A stretch of DNA of 64,000 nt from Candidatus Magasanikbacteria bacterium GW2011_GWC2_37_14 (GTDB lineage Bacteria; Patescibacteriota; Patescibacteriia; Magasanikbacterales; UBA922). Made by a program: the position numbers and the translations under genes. Positions 38,497 to 48,998 of the stretch are shown one piece after another. The notes beneath the pieces are model-generated. The model had not been told where the DNA came from. It did not search any database and worked only from the letters and a program-made list of their open reading frames with translations. The DNA is taken from the NCBI GenBank assembly GCA_000990355.1, contig LBSX01000001.1:3392-67391 (forward strand). The letters are read 5' to 3'. Numbering within the stretch: position 1 is the stretch's first letter; the number at the start of each line of letters is the position of its first letter.

Positions 38497-39939
38497 TTAA
38501 GCAAAAGGTAAATTGTCGTCGTAATTTATATGTCCAGCATCGGTGGTATAACCAATTTTTGGAGATTTTCCTTCTTCGATTTTTTTTGTTCTATTTTCTC
38601 CACTAGCCCAAACTGGATTTAAAAGCGATTCGACTGGTAAGCCTGTTGGAGGTTCTGATTGTTTGGCAGCCGCTTTTTGCAATAACGGAGTTTTTACATG
38701 CGACATTGGAAAATGCCAAAGTGTGGCTAATTCCATTATATTTAAAACATAAGGATTGGAACCAGCTTTGATTTTTCTTTTTTTGTAAGCTTTCATTAAT
38801 AAATTTTTACGATAATTAATAATACTTTTGGCAAAAAATGAGGTAGCGGCTGTTTTGTAAACTGCAGCCAAAGAATTAGCGTTGGGAATGTTGAATTGGG
38901 AAACCGCACCCATAAGAGCATGAACCCCACGTTCTTTTCTAAATACTTCTTTACGAGCTACATAGAGCCCACGCATTTTGGTTTTAAAACCAGTTTTTTG
39001 AATTTTATTTTCCATGCCCTCAATTAATTTGCCCTGCCCTGGGGATAATTCCTTTTTCTCTTCTTTTTCGTGTTCTTCTGCTTCTCCACCTTCGCGACCA
39101 AAAACTTGATCGCCAATAAATTCCAATGTTTTTAAAGTTGCGTCTGGTAATTTATCCAAAGCGCCAGACAAACCTCCGCCATGAGCATGCCCAACACCAG
39201 CAATTTCTTCAATTTTTTCTATAACTTCTTCTTTCCAATGATTGGAAATGGGCTCGACAATTATTTGAAACCACATTTGTTCACCAGAATTTAAACGAGC
39301 AAAACTTTCCAAAAAAGTACCCATGGGATCTTTTAAAACAGTATCCTTGGAAATTTTATGTTCAAATTCCTCGTAAGTACGTATAGGATATGCCCAATTT
39401 TCTGTGGGTCCAAAATCCGCAGCCCACATTTCGTATTCTTCGTTGGGAAATACATCCGGCAAATTTTTTACATAATCCTCTACTTCAACAATTTCGGCAT
39501 CAGGGTATTGGGCGTAAACTGCAGTTTCTACCAAATCACGGAATGTTTTTTCGGTACGTACCAAAAATTGAATATAACCTTCAATACTAATAACCTCAAA
39601 ACTAAACCACTGTTGTTTAAAACCATGCCAATACTTTTCGGTAATATCCACATGATTAAAAGCTCCGGAAATTTGACTGAACATTTGCTCTACTGCCATT
39701 GGCGTTTGGATATTTAAGGCTGGGATATCTATGGCCAAGACTTGCCATTCCCAATTATGGGTAAATTTTTCTTGACGATAATTTACCCATAGAAGTATTC
39801 CCGCATTGATAACGAAATAACCAAGAATAACCCAGCCACCAATTATAAATAAATCAAAAATTACTTTTGCTGGTGCTTGAGCAAAAAAGATAGACAAAAA
39901 ATTAAAATCCCAATTAACTGAATAAAAACCAAGATCCAT
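38497..39939 (-). CDS. Conserved CPR-type membrane-anchored protein, possible partner of the VirD4-like ATPase
   Basis: N-terminal TM; FSFEVIS..IQFLVR..AQYPDAEIVEVEDY, YPIRTY, ELATLWHFP. Confidence 0.65.
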   Translation of the reverse strand: MDLGFYSVNWDFNFLSIFFAQAPAKVIFDLFIIGGWVILGYFVINAGILLWVNYRQEKFTHNWEWQVLAIDIPALNIQTPMAVEQMFSQISGAFNHVDITEKYWHGFKQQWFSFEVISIEGYIQFLVRTEKTFRDLVETAVYAQYPDAEIVEVEDYVKNLPDVFPNEEYEMWAADFGPTENWAYPIRTYEEFEHKISKDTVLKDPMGTFLESFARLNSGEQMWFQIIVEPISNHWKEEVIEKIEEIAGVGHAHGGGLSGALDKLPDATLKTLEFIGDQVFGREGGEAEEHEKEEKKELSPGQGKLIEGMENKIQKTGFKTKMRGLYVARKEVFRKERGVHALMGAVSQFNIPNANSLAAVYKTAATSFFAKSIINYRKNLLMKAYKKRKIKAGSNPYVLNIMELATLWHFPMSHVKTPLLQKAAAKQSEPPTGLPVESLLNPVWASGENRTKKIEEGKSPKIGYTTDAGHINYDDNLPFA

Positions 39940-39966
39940 AGTTTAGTAAGTTCACTACAAGTTAAT

Positions 39967-40140
39967 TTAATGATGCCCGCCAGCATCTACAAACTTAAAC
40001 ATGGCTACATAAATAATTATCAAGCCAAGAGCTGTCCACCACCAACCAACTTTTCCAGAAAAATACCCAGAAATATATGCCAAAAATGTAACCAAAGTAG
40101 CAGCCGAAGCTATTAAATGTCTTAAAATAGAATCTGTCAT
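39967..40140 (-). CDS. Small two-TM membrane protein (57 aa), not in ORF track
   Basis: MTDSILRHLIASAATLVTFLAYISGYFSGKVGWWWTALGLIIIYVAMFKFVDAGGHH. Confidence 0.7.
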   Translation of the reverse strand: MTDSILRHLIASAATLVTFLAYISGYFSGKVGWWWTALGLIIIYVAMFKFVDAGGHH

Positions 40141-40147
40141 AATGTTT

Positions 40148-40236
40148 TGTCATTCCTGCACCCGTCTACACGAGTGTAAACTCCAGCAGAAAATTAGTTA
40201 TTTATTATATGGATCCCCGCCTTCGCGAGGATGACA
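40148..40236. repeat. Degenerate GTCAT...ATGAC palindromic element
   Basis: tgtcattcctgc...ggatccccgccttcgcgaggatgaca. Confidence 0.75.
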
Positions 40237-40295
40237 ATGAGTAGTATACCACAAAAAATAAGCCCTGGAAACCAGGGCTTATTAATTTTTATTTT

Positions 40296-41219
40296 TTAGC
40301 GACTGCGACGATCAAATCTAAACCATTCTACCAAGAGTGGCGAAGCCACAAAAATTGAAGAATAAGCACCTAAGAAAATACCTACAAGCAAAGCTAGAGT
40401 AAAGTTTTTAATAGTTTCACCACCAATAAAATATAATACTGCCAATGTAAGTAAAGTGGTTAAAGTAGTATTAATTGAACGAGCAAAAGTTTGATTTATA
40501 GCTACATTTACAGTATCAGGAAAATTTTCCGCACTATGACGAATTAAATTTTCACGAATACGGTCAAAAACTACAATCGTATCATTTACTGAATAACCCA
40601 AAATTGTTAACAAGGCCACTACAAATGGTATGTCCACTTCTATACCGGCAAAATGACCCAAAAAAGCAAAAACACCAGCGGTAATTGTAACGTCATGAAA
40701 TAAAGCTACAACAGCTACTAATCCATACTTCCATGAAGCTACTGGACGAGAAACTTTTCTAAATGAATAAGCAATATACAAAATAATACCCACAACTACT
40801 ACAAACAATGCATAAAGTGAACGAGACTTTAATTCTTTACTTACTGCAGGACCAATAGTTTCAAAACGTACTTCTAAGACTTTGTTATTATCTTTTTCAA
40901 AATCAGTGCGTATTTTATTTAATACTTTGGTATGATCAGCATCACTTAAAAATGGCATTTTTACAATTAACCCTTTTTCATTGGTTTCTTGTACAGAAAT
41001 ACTACCCAAAGACAAACTTTCAATACTAGCTTTAACTTCGGTAACTACTGGTACATTTTCTGTAAAACGTGTTTCTAACAATGAGCCACCTTTGAAATCA
41101 TTACCAGTTTTTAAGCCAAAAACCAAAAGAGCAACCACACTTACCACAAACAAGGCTCCGGACAAAGCCAAATTAATATAACGATGTTTAATAATATTTA
41201 CCATATAATTATTGATCAA
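40296..41219 (-). CDS. secF: Protein translocase subunit SecF
   Basis: DFKGG, ETIGPAVSKEL, ALFHDV, LGYSVNDTIVVFDRIRE. Confidence 0.96.
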   Translation of the reverse strand: MINNYMVNIIKHRYINLALSGALFVVSVVALLVFGLKTGNDFKGGSLLETRFTENVPVVTEVKASIESLSLGSISVQETNEKGLIVKMPFLSDADHTKVLNKIRTDFEKDNNKVLEVRFETIGPAVSKELKSRSLYALFVVVVGIILYIAYSFRKVSRPVASWKYGLVAVVALFHDVTITAGVFAFLGHFAGIEVDIPFVVALLTILGYSVNDTIVVFDRIRENLIRHSAENFPDTVNVAINQTFARSINTTLTTLLTLAVLYFIGGETIKNFTLALLVGIFLGAYSSIFVASPLLVEWFRFDRRSR

Positions 41220-43254
41220 TTTTCTTAGAGCCTAAAAATAAACGATTACCAAATTCACCAAACCAAGGAATAATAAAACGCACCAAAGTTCGAGAAACAG
41301 TAATAGCTGTAAACATGCTTGTTAACACGCCAATAGTCAAGGTAACCGCGAAACCTTGGACAAAACTAGATCCAAACCAAATTAAAATTACACAGGTAAT
41401 AAGTGTAGAAATGTTACTATCACGTATAGAAGGCCAGGCGCGTAAAAATCCTTCTTCGGCTGCTGCTTTTAGACTCTTACCGCTACGCAATTCTTCTTTC
41501 ATGCGTTCAAAAATTAAAACATTTGCATCTACCGCCATACCAATAGACATAATAAAACCAGCAATACCAGACAATGTAAGTGTGGCCCCAATTAATTTGG
41601 TTACTGCCAAAACAAGCATGGCATATAATGATAAAGCAAAAACTGACAAAAGCCCTGGCAAACGATAATAAATAATCATGAAAATTGCTACCAAAATTAT
41701 ACCAACTAAACCAGCTTTTAAACTTTTGTCTAAGGATTCACTGCCTAAACTAGCACCAATAGTTTGTTGGGAAATTAATTCTACTGGTACAGGCAAAGCC
41801 CCAGCATTAAGTCGTTGGGATAACAATTTAGCTTCTTGTAAATCAAAAGCACCAGTAATCACTGCTTGACCATCGCGAATTGGAGTGTTTACAGTAGGCA
41901 CAGAAATTGCCACACCATCCAAAAATATTGCTACTGGTTTACCAACATTACGTTCGGTAACATCTTTAAACAATTCTTTGCCTTCGTCATTAAATTGTAA
42001 GGACACTTGAACCTCTCCAGTATTTTGATCAGTAACAACTTCGGAACGTTTTAATTGTTTACCCGAAAGACCGGTGCTTTTCCATTGATCTTGTGGAGGA
42101 ATAATATCGACCTCGGTCTTAGTTTTAATTAACACACGATAAAGTTCATATTCCTTACTTTGACGTTCATTAACTTTGTAAATTACATGATAACCAAATT
42201 CTGTTTCTACTGGTCCAATAATTTCACCTACTTTGGCTTTAAAAACAGCTTCACCAAATGCCGGAACCATTACCTCTTTGGTAAAATAACCCAAATCACC
42301 ACCAATAACTTTGGAACCAGGATCACTAGAATTTTGTTTAGCTAAATCAGCAAAATTTTGAGCATTAGCTTGGTTATACAATTCTTGTGCTTTTTTAAAA
42401 GCCTCTTCTTTACTATATATTGGATTTTCACAATTTTTGGCTCCTAAATAACAAATTAAAATATGGCTAGCTTGTACTTCGGTTACCCCATTTTGTTCTT
42501 TACCTCTTTTTAAAACATTATAGCCAACCAAAGATTCAATTGGCTCTTTGCTAATGGTATTTTCTAAATTTTTACTAGCCCATTCATATAAAGCACTATC
42601 AGGATTATTTTTTGCTACAAAACCCAAATAGCCACCATTATTTTTACTAGTTGTATCTTCGGAATAATCAGTAACCACTTTTGCAAAATCTGTGCCAGCT
42701 TTAATCTTGTTCAAAGCTTCGGTAGCTTTAACTTTAGCATTTTTGTTATAAGTTTCTAACTCCTTTTTTTCTTCGGCAGTTAAAGTACGAGCTGGTTCAT
42801 TATTTTGTTCTTTAAACTCCAAAATTGGTGTACCACCAATCATTTGAATAGCTTTTTTAACATCATTAATACCTGGTAATTCCACCATTACTCGATAATT
42901 TTCACCCACTTTGGTAGTTTGCACAACTGGTTCTGATACTCCCAAGCCATTTACCCGACGTTCAATTACATCACGTACACCTTCTACAGCTGTAGATCTT
43001 TCGGCCTGAGCAATATTTGCCACATCGGCTTGGTACAACAAATGAGCACCACCTTGTAAATCCAAGCCTAAATTAAAACCTTTTTCCGGAACTTTTGGCA
43101 AACCCAGGGCAGTTTTGGTATTTACCCAATTTACACCTTTATTAAAATAGGCGGGAAAGTCAAAAACACCACTTATAAAAAAGAGAGCAATAATTCCCAC
43201 TATACCCCAACGAATTTTAGCTCGTAGGTTTGTTTTGTTTTGTTTAATAACCAT
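41209..43254 (-). CDS. secD: SecD with inserted parvulin (PpiC) PPIase domains
   Basis: LGLDLQGG, IGMAVDANVLIFER; insert with DFAKVVTDYSED..GGYLG and VQASHIL..GGDLGYF..PVETEFGYHVI. Confidence 0.95.
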   Translation of the reverse strand: MVIKQNKTNLRAKIRWGIVGIIALFFISGVFDFPAYFNKGVNWVNTKTALGLPKVPEKGFNLGLDLQGGAHLLYQADVANIAQAERSTAVEGVRDVIERRVNGLGVSEPVVQTTKVGENYRVMVELPGINDVKKAIQMIGGTPILEFKEQNNEPARTLTAEEKKELETYNKNAKVKATEALNKIKAGTDFAKVVTDYSEDTTSKNNGGYLGFVAKNNPDSALYEWASKNLENTISKEPIESLVGYNVLKRGKEQNGVTEVQASHILICYLGAKNCENPIYSKEEAFKKAQELYNQANAQNFADLAKQNSSDPGSKVIGGDLGYFTKEVMVPAFGEAVFKAKVGEIIGPVETEFGYHVIYKVNERQSKEYELYRVLIKTKTEVDIIPPQDQWKSTGLSGKQLKRSEVVTDQNTGEVQVSLQFNDEGKELFKDVTERNVGKPVAIFLDGVAISVPTVNTPIRDGQAVITGAFDLQEAKLLSQRLNAGALPVPVELISQQTIGASLGSESLDKSLKAGLVGIILVAIFMIIYYRLPGLLSVFALSLYAMLVLAVTKLIGATLTLSGIAGFIMSIGMAVDANVLIFERMKEELRSGKSLKAAAEEGFLRAWPSIRDSNISTLITCVILIWFGSSFVQGFAVTLTIGVLTSMFTAITVSRTLVRFIIPWFGEFGNRLFLGSKKIDQ

Positions 43255-43364
43255 AAATAAAAATAGCTAATAAGTAATGGGCCTATTTTATATTAACTTG
43301 GCTTTTCCGTCAAGTGATTTAGTCACAAGAAAAAACCGGCATTTAGCCGGTCTTTTCATTTATT

Positions 43365-44324
43365 CTATCTAACGGGGATTGCTTTGAGATCATTTGTTAC
43401 TGGCTTATACAATTCCGGATCAATGGTGCGACTAAAACAAACTCGGCCAGATACGTGAATCCAGTTTTGTGAATAAGCACTATCGTAAGGCTGGGTATAA
43501 AAATTAGGCGCCGCGGCAATACCATAATCTTTATCGGCTGTGGCAAAGTTAGCACAAAGTTCAAAAGCTAAAGCACTAATAATATTGTATTCATAATCAA
43601 CTTTTGTGTTTGGATCAGTAGGAATAAGCAACCCAGAAATACTATCATTTAAATCAACTAGTTTGACTGGTAATTTTTGTTTTTTGGTCCAATAATCTAC
43701 AATTTGATTTTGTAAAATTTGTAAATCATTGATTCTTTTTTCATCAAAACGACGATTACGTTGTGCACCTGGAGTACCCACAATAAAAAAACCAATAATA
43801 ATACTAGCTAAAACAACTACCGAAACAACTACAGTTAAAATTAAAGGAATTTTTGATAGTGATTCTTTGCGTTTTAAATCCCAGAGGTAATAGGCAAAAA
43901 CCGCAACGGCTACCAAGAGTACAACCAAAACTTTTAGGAAAAAACGCAGGCTTAATTCACCATTCAAAAAATTATAAACAAAAATCATTAAGTCAACAAT
44001 AATAGTAATTGCTGAAATAAACAAAGTAAAATACGTAAGCCACTTGCGTAATTTTAAATCTCGTTTTTCGGGAGTAATTTTTAAATCCTTTTCTAAAAAC
44101 CAGGTAGTTAACAAATAAGCAGGCACAGCTACAAAAAGAATTGAACTGGACCAGCGCACGCCATCGGAAATACCGCTAAAATAATAATTTAGGGCATCTG
44201 GGAACTTGGCATTGATGTAATTTACGTAAAGGGTAATAAAACCAATGACACTTAAATAAAACGTAACAATATTAAACAAATGCAAAAACACATCTTTGGG
44301 TGTGCTTTTTAAATGATTTTCCAT
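43365..44324 (-). CDS. DUF5671-like membrane protein with C-terminal pilin-like segment
   Basis: PKDVFLHL, RKWLTYFTLF, GTP..R..DEKRINDL, DP..YEY..FELCANF. Confidence 0.7.
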   Translation of the reverse strand: MENHLKSTPKDVFLHLFNIVTFYLSVIGFITLYVNYINAKFPDALNYYFSGISDGVRWSSSILFVAVPAYLLTTWFLEKDLKITPEKRDLKLRKWLTYFTLFISAITIIVDLMIFVYNFLNGELSLRFFLKVLVVLLVAVAVFAYYLWDLKRKESLSKIPLILTVVVSVVVLASIIIGFFIVGTPGAQRNRRFDEKRINDLQILQNQIVDYWTKKQKLPVKLVDLNDSISGLLIPTDPNTKVDYEYNIISALAFELCANFATADKDYGIAAAPNFYTQPYDSAYSQNWIHVSGRVCFSRTIDPELYKPVTNDLKAIPVR

Positions 44325-44383
44325 ATTCCTTAAGTTTAATAATTAAGATATTTATTATAGCATCTAACTGTGTAGATTACAAA

Positions 44384-44491
44384 AAACAAAAAACCGCCTT
44401 TTCTCCTTGCTCAAATTATTATTTTTAATAAGCTGAATAGGGTGGCGGTTTTTGTCACCCATTTTTGCTTGGGTGCGCCCGGAAGTGGGCG
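44384..44491 (-). repeat. ~108-bp 3' module of cassette B (copy 1)
   Basis: Reverse complement nearly identical to 49161-49270. Confidence 0.9.
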
Positions 44492-44513
44492 AAGGTGCGA
44501 GAGGTGGGCGCTG

Positions 44514-44759
44514 CTAAACAGCGAAAGGCGACGACGAATCCAGGAAGGTGCGGAAGGTAGCACAATGAACTTCTCGTTCACGTCTGGTGATCCGAGAACG
44601 CTTCAGAAAATCGGCCAGCTCCACAGCAACCTGTGTAAGTGGCACTTCCGCCGCAAAGGCCCGAACGTTGACACGAAGGGGGAAAGCATCGATCAGGACA
44701 CCAGGGGCACTCTTGCCATCTGGTTCGGCGTGCTTGAAGTTCACTCGGTACTTCATCAC
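44514..44759 (-). CDS. GC-rich small hypothetical protein (cassette B)
   Basis: GGAG upstream, raised GC, followed by C-rich tract and shared 3' module. Confidence 0.55.
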   Translation of the reverse strand: MMKYRVNFKHAEPDGKSAPGVLIDAFPLRVNVRAFAAEVPLTQVAVELADFLKRSRITRREREVHCATFRTFLDSSSPFAV

Positions 44760-44878
44760 TCACTCCATGTCCTAGTTGTTGAGCACAAGTCCCACAACAT
44801 AATGCCAGAAAAAAACAAAAAAGTCAAGGATAAAAAAATGACCCTACCATATAATAGGGCCATTTTAAATTATTAAAA

Positions 44879-45331
44879 TTATTTTTTGAGTAAATCAGCC
44901 GGTAAAACCCATTTACTAATTGTCATAGCATTACAGGCCTGAGCTTGGTAACCTGCTTCTTCGGCAGAAATTGGCTGTCCGCCATAATTATATGACCAGG
45001 CAATACTTTCAGAAACAGTACCTGGAGTAGCTTGGCAACCACCCAAGTCTGAGTAAGGACAGCCATCTAGAGAAAATTTTCCTTCTTCGCAAGACAATCT
45101 CATACGATCTTCTGTAAATATTTCACCAATAAAATCAAAACAAGTACTTTTACTTTCAATCATATTACAACTACCACGTACTTTACTTTCGGTTTTGGTT
45201 TCTAATAGTGGCAAAACATCATTTTCATAATTAATTTCTTGGTCTTTTGGCACTTCGCTACAACCTCCACCAACCAACAATACTGCCATGACACTTGTTA
45301 ATAGAATTTTATAATTATTCAAAATTTTCAT
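44879..45331 (-). CDS. Cys-rich lipoprotein
   Basis: Lipobox-like LLVGGGC; several Cys in the mature part. Confidence 0.7.
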   Translation of the reverse strand: MKILNNYKILLTSVMAVLLVGGGCSEVPKDQEINYENDVLPLLETKTESKVRGSCNMIESKSTCFDFIGEIFTEDRMRLSCEEGKFSLDGCPYSDLGGCQATPGTVSESIAWSYNYGGQPISAEEAGYQAQACNAMTISKWVLPADLLKK

Positions 45332-45354
45332 AATATTATAATAATATTTAATTA

Positions 45355-45888
45355 TTACTCCTCAATAATTTCTACTTCGTTTATTATTACCGGTTCTACA
45401 GGTGTAGAAGCTTCACCCATTAAACTATAAGTAACCGGAGAAGTAGCAATTACATCAACTATTTCTAGGCCATTTACGACTTTGCCAAAGATTGTATAAT
45501 TTGGTGGCAAAGGTACATCGGCATGCATAATAAAAAATTGACTGCCATTGGTATGAGCGCCGGCATTGGCCATTGCCAAAACTCCTCGTTCGTAGGTGCC
45601 AGAAAATTTTTCATCTTTAAATTTGTAACCCGGGCCACCAGCACCAGTGCCACTAGGATCACCACCTTGAATCATAAAACCATCAATTACACGGTGAAAA
45701 ATTACTTGATTATAGAAATCAGTACTAGCTAAATATACAAAATTATTTACCGTAACAGGCACAGCTTCGTGATTTAGTTCTGCTAAAATTTCGCCTTTGC
45801 TAGTTTTTATTTTGGCTTTATATTTTTTACCACTACTTAAAACCGAATGTTTTTCTGGATGAAAATCTGCTATTTTTTCTTTTTTCAT
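45355..45888 (-). CDS. Cyclophilin-type peptidyl-prolyl isomerase
   Basis: FHRVIDGFMIQGGDP, AMANAG..TNGSQFFI. Confidence 0.95.
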   Translation of the reverse strand: MKKEKIADFHPEKHSVLSSGKKYKAKIKTSKGEILAELNHEAVPVTVNNFVYLASTDFYNQVIFHRVIDGFMIQGGDPSGTGAGGPGYKFKDEKFSGTYERGVLAMANAGAHTNGSQFFIMHADVPLPPNYTIFGKVVNGLEIVDVIATSPVTYSLMGEASTPVEPVIINEVEIIEE

Positions 45889-45900
45889 AAAAATTAATTA

Positions 45901-48804
45901 TTAAGCGCCATGACACTTTTTGTATTTTTTTCCACTCCCACAAGGACAAGGATCATTTCTGCCAATTTTTTCTCCGGTTTCTTCGTTCCGAGGTTTACTC
46001 TCTGTTTGTCCACTAGCCAATTCTACCGAATCACTACCTTTTAAAACCATTTTTTCCGAAGCCATAATTGACGGTGCCAACTGAATACCCAAACCAATTT
46101 TGAAAAATGAATATACTACTTCTTTTTGAATTCCACTAAGCAATTCATTAAACATTTGATAGGTTTCTTTTTTGTATTCTACCAGTGGATCACGTTGGCC
46201 ATAACCACGGAGTCCTATACCAGTACGCAAATAATCAATCGCTACCAAGTGATCTACCCAAAAACTATCTATGGAACGAAGCAAAATATTTTTTTCTAAT
46301 TCATGCATCGCACGCTCTCCTTCTTCTGACGTTCCAAAATTAGACATTACCTTTTCTTTAAAAACCTCATATTCTTTTTCGGCCTTATTCATTAAAAACT
46401 TTACAATTTCATCACGCACCACCACGTCTTCTAATTTGGAATTGCCATTTTTGGTTAAGTGTAACAAGGTCTCACGTTCTTCGTTGGTAAAAGAAAAAAT
46501 AGTATGCATGGTTTCGTAAATTTCTTTGAGATCCCATTCATTTTTGTCGGGTAAATTGGTATGAAAAGAAACGACAAAATTTATTTCTTCGGCAATTAAA
46601 TCCATGATTGTTTCTTGTAAACTAAGATATTTCTTATCAAAGTCATGAGAATTTTCGTCTTTAATAACTTCTTCTTGATTTACTTTAAAATTTGCAGCTA
46701 AATTTAAAATCTGACGTCGTTTTTTGTAAATTACATCGCGATGTTTGTTTAAGACATCATCATATTCCAACAAATGTTTACGAGAATCAAAATGAAAACC
46801 TTCAACTTTCTTTTGTGCGCCTTCCAACATGCGAGTAATCATGCGTTGTTCAATTGGCATGTCTTCGGGCACTTTTAATGTGGTCATGACACTCTTAATT
46901 CGGTCGCCAGCAAAAATTCGCATTAAGTCATCTTCGGTAGACACAAAAAATTGGGTTTCACCAGGATCACCTTGACGAGCACTACGACCACGAAGTTGAT
47001 TATCAATACGACGTGCTTCGTGGCGTTCGGTACCAAGCACAAACAAACCACCAGCTTGGCAAACAATCTCTGCCTCTTCTTTATTTATTGGGTTGCCACC
47101 AAGCTTAATGTCTACACCACGACCAGCCATATTAGTGGCCAAGGTAATTGCGCCTGGTCTACCTGCTTGGGCAATAATTTCCGCTTCACGTTCGTGATTT
47201 TTGGCATTTAAAATTTCATGTTTAATGCCTTCTACTGTTAAGTAAGCACTTAATTCTTCATTTTTTTCTACCGAAATAGTACCAATCAACATTGGCTGAT
47301 TTTTGGCTCGACATTCTTTGATTTTTTCAATGATTGCTTTGTTTTTGGCGCGTTCATGACGATAAATACGATCGGGATGATCAACTCGTTGATCACCCTT
47401 GTTGGTAGGAATAGTAATAACATCCAAATTATATATTTTACCAAATTCTTCTTTTTCGGTTTCGGCCGTACCAGTCATACCCGATAACTTGCGGTACATG
47501 CGAAATAAATTTTGGAAAGTAATTGTGGCCAAAGTTTGACTTTCGCGTTGGATTTTAACATTTTCTTTGGCTTCAATAGCTTGATGAAGTCCTTCGGAAT
47601 AACGACGGCCTGGCATTTTGCGTCCCGTAAATTCGTCGATAATAATAATTTCACCGTTATCGACAATATAATCACGATCACGTTTGAATAATACTTCGGC
47701 TTTTAAAGCTTGTTCGATATGATGGACTAATTTTATACCACCTTCTTCGTAAATATTGGCCACATTTAACCATTTTTCAAATTTGGCAATGCCTTGTTCG
47801 GTAAGAGTGGCCGAACGCATTTTTTCGTCCAAATTATAATCTCCCAAATCGTCGGGATTAACTGGAGTATTGTCGTTTTTACTAAGCATGCCAAAACCAG
47901 TGGTATCTTTTACAGTTTTATCTTCTTTTAATTGACGAACTAATTTGGCAAATTGATAATACTGATCTGTGGCTTCTTCGGCTGGGGCAGAAATAATTAG
48001 CGGAGTACGAGCTTCATCAATTAGAATAGAATCTACTTCGTCGACAATTGCATAATGCATTTCATCACCAGGGCGCATTACCATTTCTTCCAAACTCTGT
48101 ACCATGTTGTCGCGCAAATAATCAAAACCAAATTCATTGTTGGTACCATAAGTAATATCACAACGATAAGTTTCTTGGCGTGAACAAGGAACAAGAAATT
48201 CATCTTCAATTTTAAAACTTTCTATTTCACTTTCTTTTTCTAATTCTTCAACTTTGCGGATTTCCTCCCCTTGGAAAGGGGAGGTTGGGAGGGGTTGATT
48301 TTTATTAGCATTATATTTATACGACACGCGCATGTTTTGAATAATACCCACACTCATGCCCAAAAAATCATAAATTTTACTCATCCATACAGCATCGCGT
48401 TTGGCCAAATAATCATTGACAGTTACTACATGCACACCTTTGCCTTCCAAAGCATTTAAATAAACCGGCAAAGTGGCTACCAAAGTTTTACCTTCACCAG
48501 TACGCATTTCGGCAATACTACCTTTGTGCAACATGGTGCCACCAATAAGTTGTACATCGTAGTGACGCATACCTAAAACACGGTGTGCAGTTTCGCGCAC
48601 CGTAGCAAAAGCTTCTGGTAAAATATCATCCAATGTTTCGCCTTTAACCAGACGTTCTTTAAATTCAATAGTTTTGTGTTTTAGTTCATCATCAGTTAAT
48701 TTTTGCCAAGCAGGTTCTAAACTATTAACTTTTTCAACAATCGGCTGAACTGCACGAACAAATTTTTTACTAGGATCGCCAAATATTTTTTCAAGAAATT
48801 GCAT
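45901..48804 (-). CDS. secA: Preprotein translocase ATPase SecA
   Basis: MRTGEGKT, DEVDSILIDEARTPLIIS, ATNMAGRG, C-terminal GRNDPCPCGSGKKYKKCH. Confidence 0.99.
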   Translation of the reverse strand: MQFLEKIFGDPSKKFVRAVQPIVEKVNSLEPAWQKLTDDELKHKTIEFKERLVKGETLDDILPEAFATVRETAHRVLGMRHYDVQLIGGTMLHKGSIAEMRTGEGKTLVATLPVYLNALEGKGVHVVTVNDYLAKRDAVWMSKIYDFLGMSVGIIQNMRVSYKYNANKNQPLPTSPFQGEEIRKVEELEKESEIESFKIEDEFLVPCSRQETYRCDITYGTNNEFGFDYLRDNMVQSLEEMVMRPGDEMHYAIVDEVDSILIDEARTPLIISAPAEEATDQYYQFAKLVRQLKEDKTVKDTTGFGMLSKNDNTPVNPDDLGDYNLDEKMRSATLTEQGIAKFEKWLNVANIYEEGGIKLVHHIEQALKAEVLFKRDRDYIVDNGEIIIIDEFTGRKMPGRRYSEGLHQAIEAKENVKIQRESQTLATITFQNLFRMYRKLSGMTGTAETEKEEFGKIYNLDVITIPTNKGDQRVDHPDRIYRHERAKNKAIIEKIKECRAKNQPMLIGTISVEKNEELSAYLTVEGIKHEILNAKNHEREAEIIAQAGRPGAITLATNMAGRGVDIKLGGNPINKEEAEIVCQAGGLFVLGTERHEARRIDNQLRGRSARQGDPGETQFFVSTEDDLMRIFAGDRIKSVMTTLKVPEDMPIEQRMITRMLEGAQKKVEGFHFDSRKHLLEYDDVLNKHRDVIYKKRRQILNLAANFKVNQEEVIKDENSHDFDKKYLSLQETIMDLIAEEINFVVSFHTNLPDKNEWDLKEIYETMHTIFSFTNEERETLLHLTKNGNSKLEDVVVRDEIVKFLMNKAEKEYEVFKEKVMSNFGTSEEGERAMHELEKNILLRSIDSFWVDHLVAIDYLRTGIGLRGYGQRDPLVEYKKETYQMFNELLSGIQKEVVYSFFKIGLGIQLAPSIMASEKMVLKGSDSVELASGQTESKPRNEETGEKIGRNDPCPCGSGKKYKKCHGA

Positions 48805-48939
48805 AAAATAATAATATTCCCCTCCCCCTTGTAGGGGGAGGAAAATTTAAAAGTCCATCAAATTATATCAAAGAGCAGGACTTTTGTCTACCCCTTGACC
48901 CTTCAAATCAGGGTCAAGCCTGAGTACACAGCCGAAGGC

Positions 48940-48968
48940 TTGACAAAAGGGCTAAAATATGCTATAAT
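48940..48968 (+). promoter_or_regulatory. Consensus sigma70 promoter (TTGACA-17-TATAAT, extended -10) of cassette C
   Basis: ttgaca aaagggctaaaatatgc tataat. Confidence 0.85.
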
Positions 48969-48998
48969 TGTGGCATAAAACTGCCCTAGAGGCATTTG

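Noticed and set aside
44442-44876. Plus-strand 144-aa ORF
   Set aside because: Begins inside the terminator-like module; orientation of the shared 3' module and the SD-like site favour the minus-strand ORF
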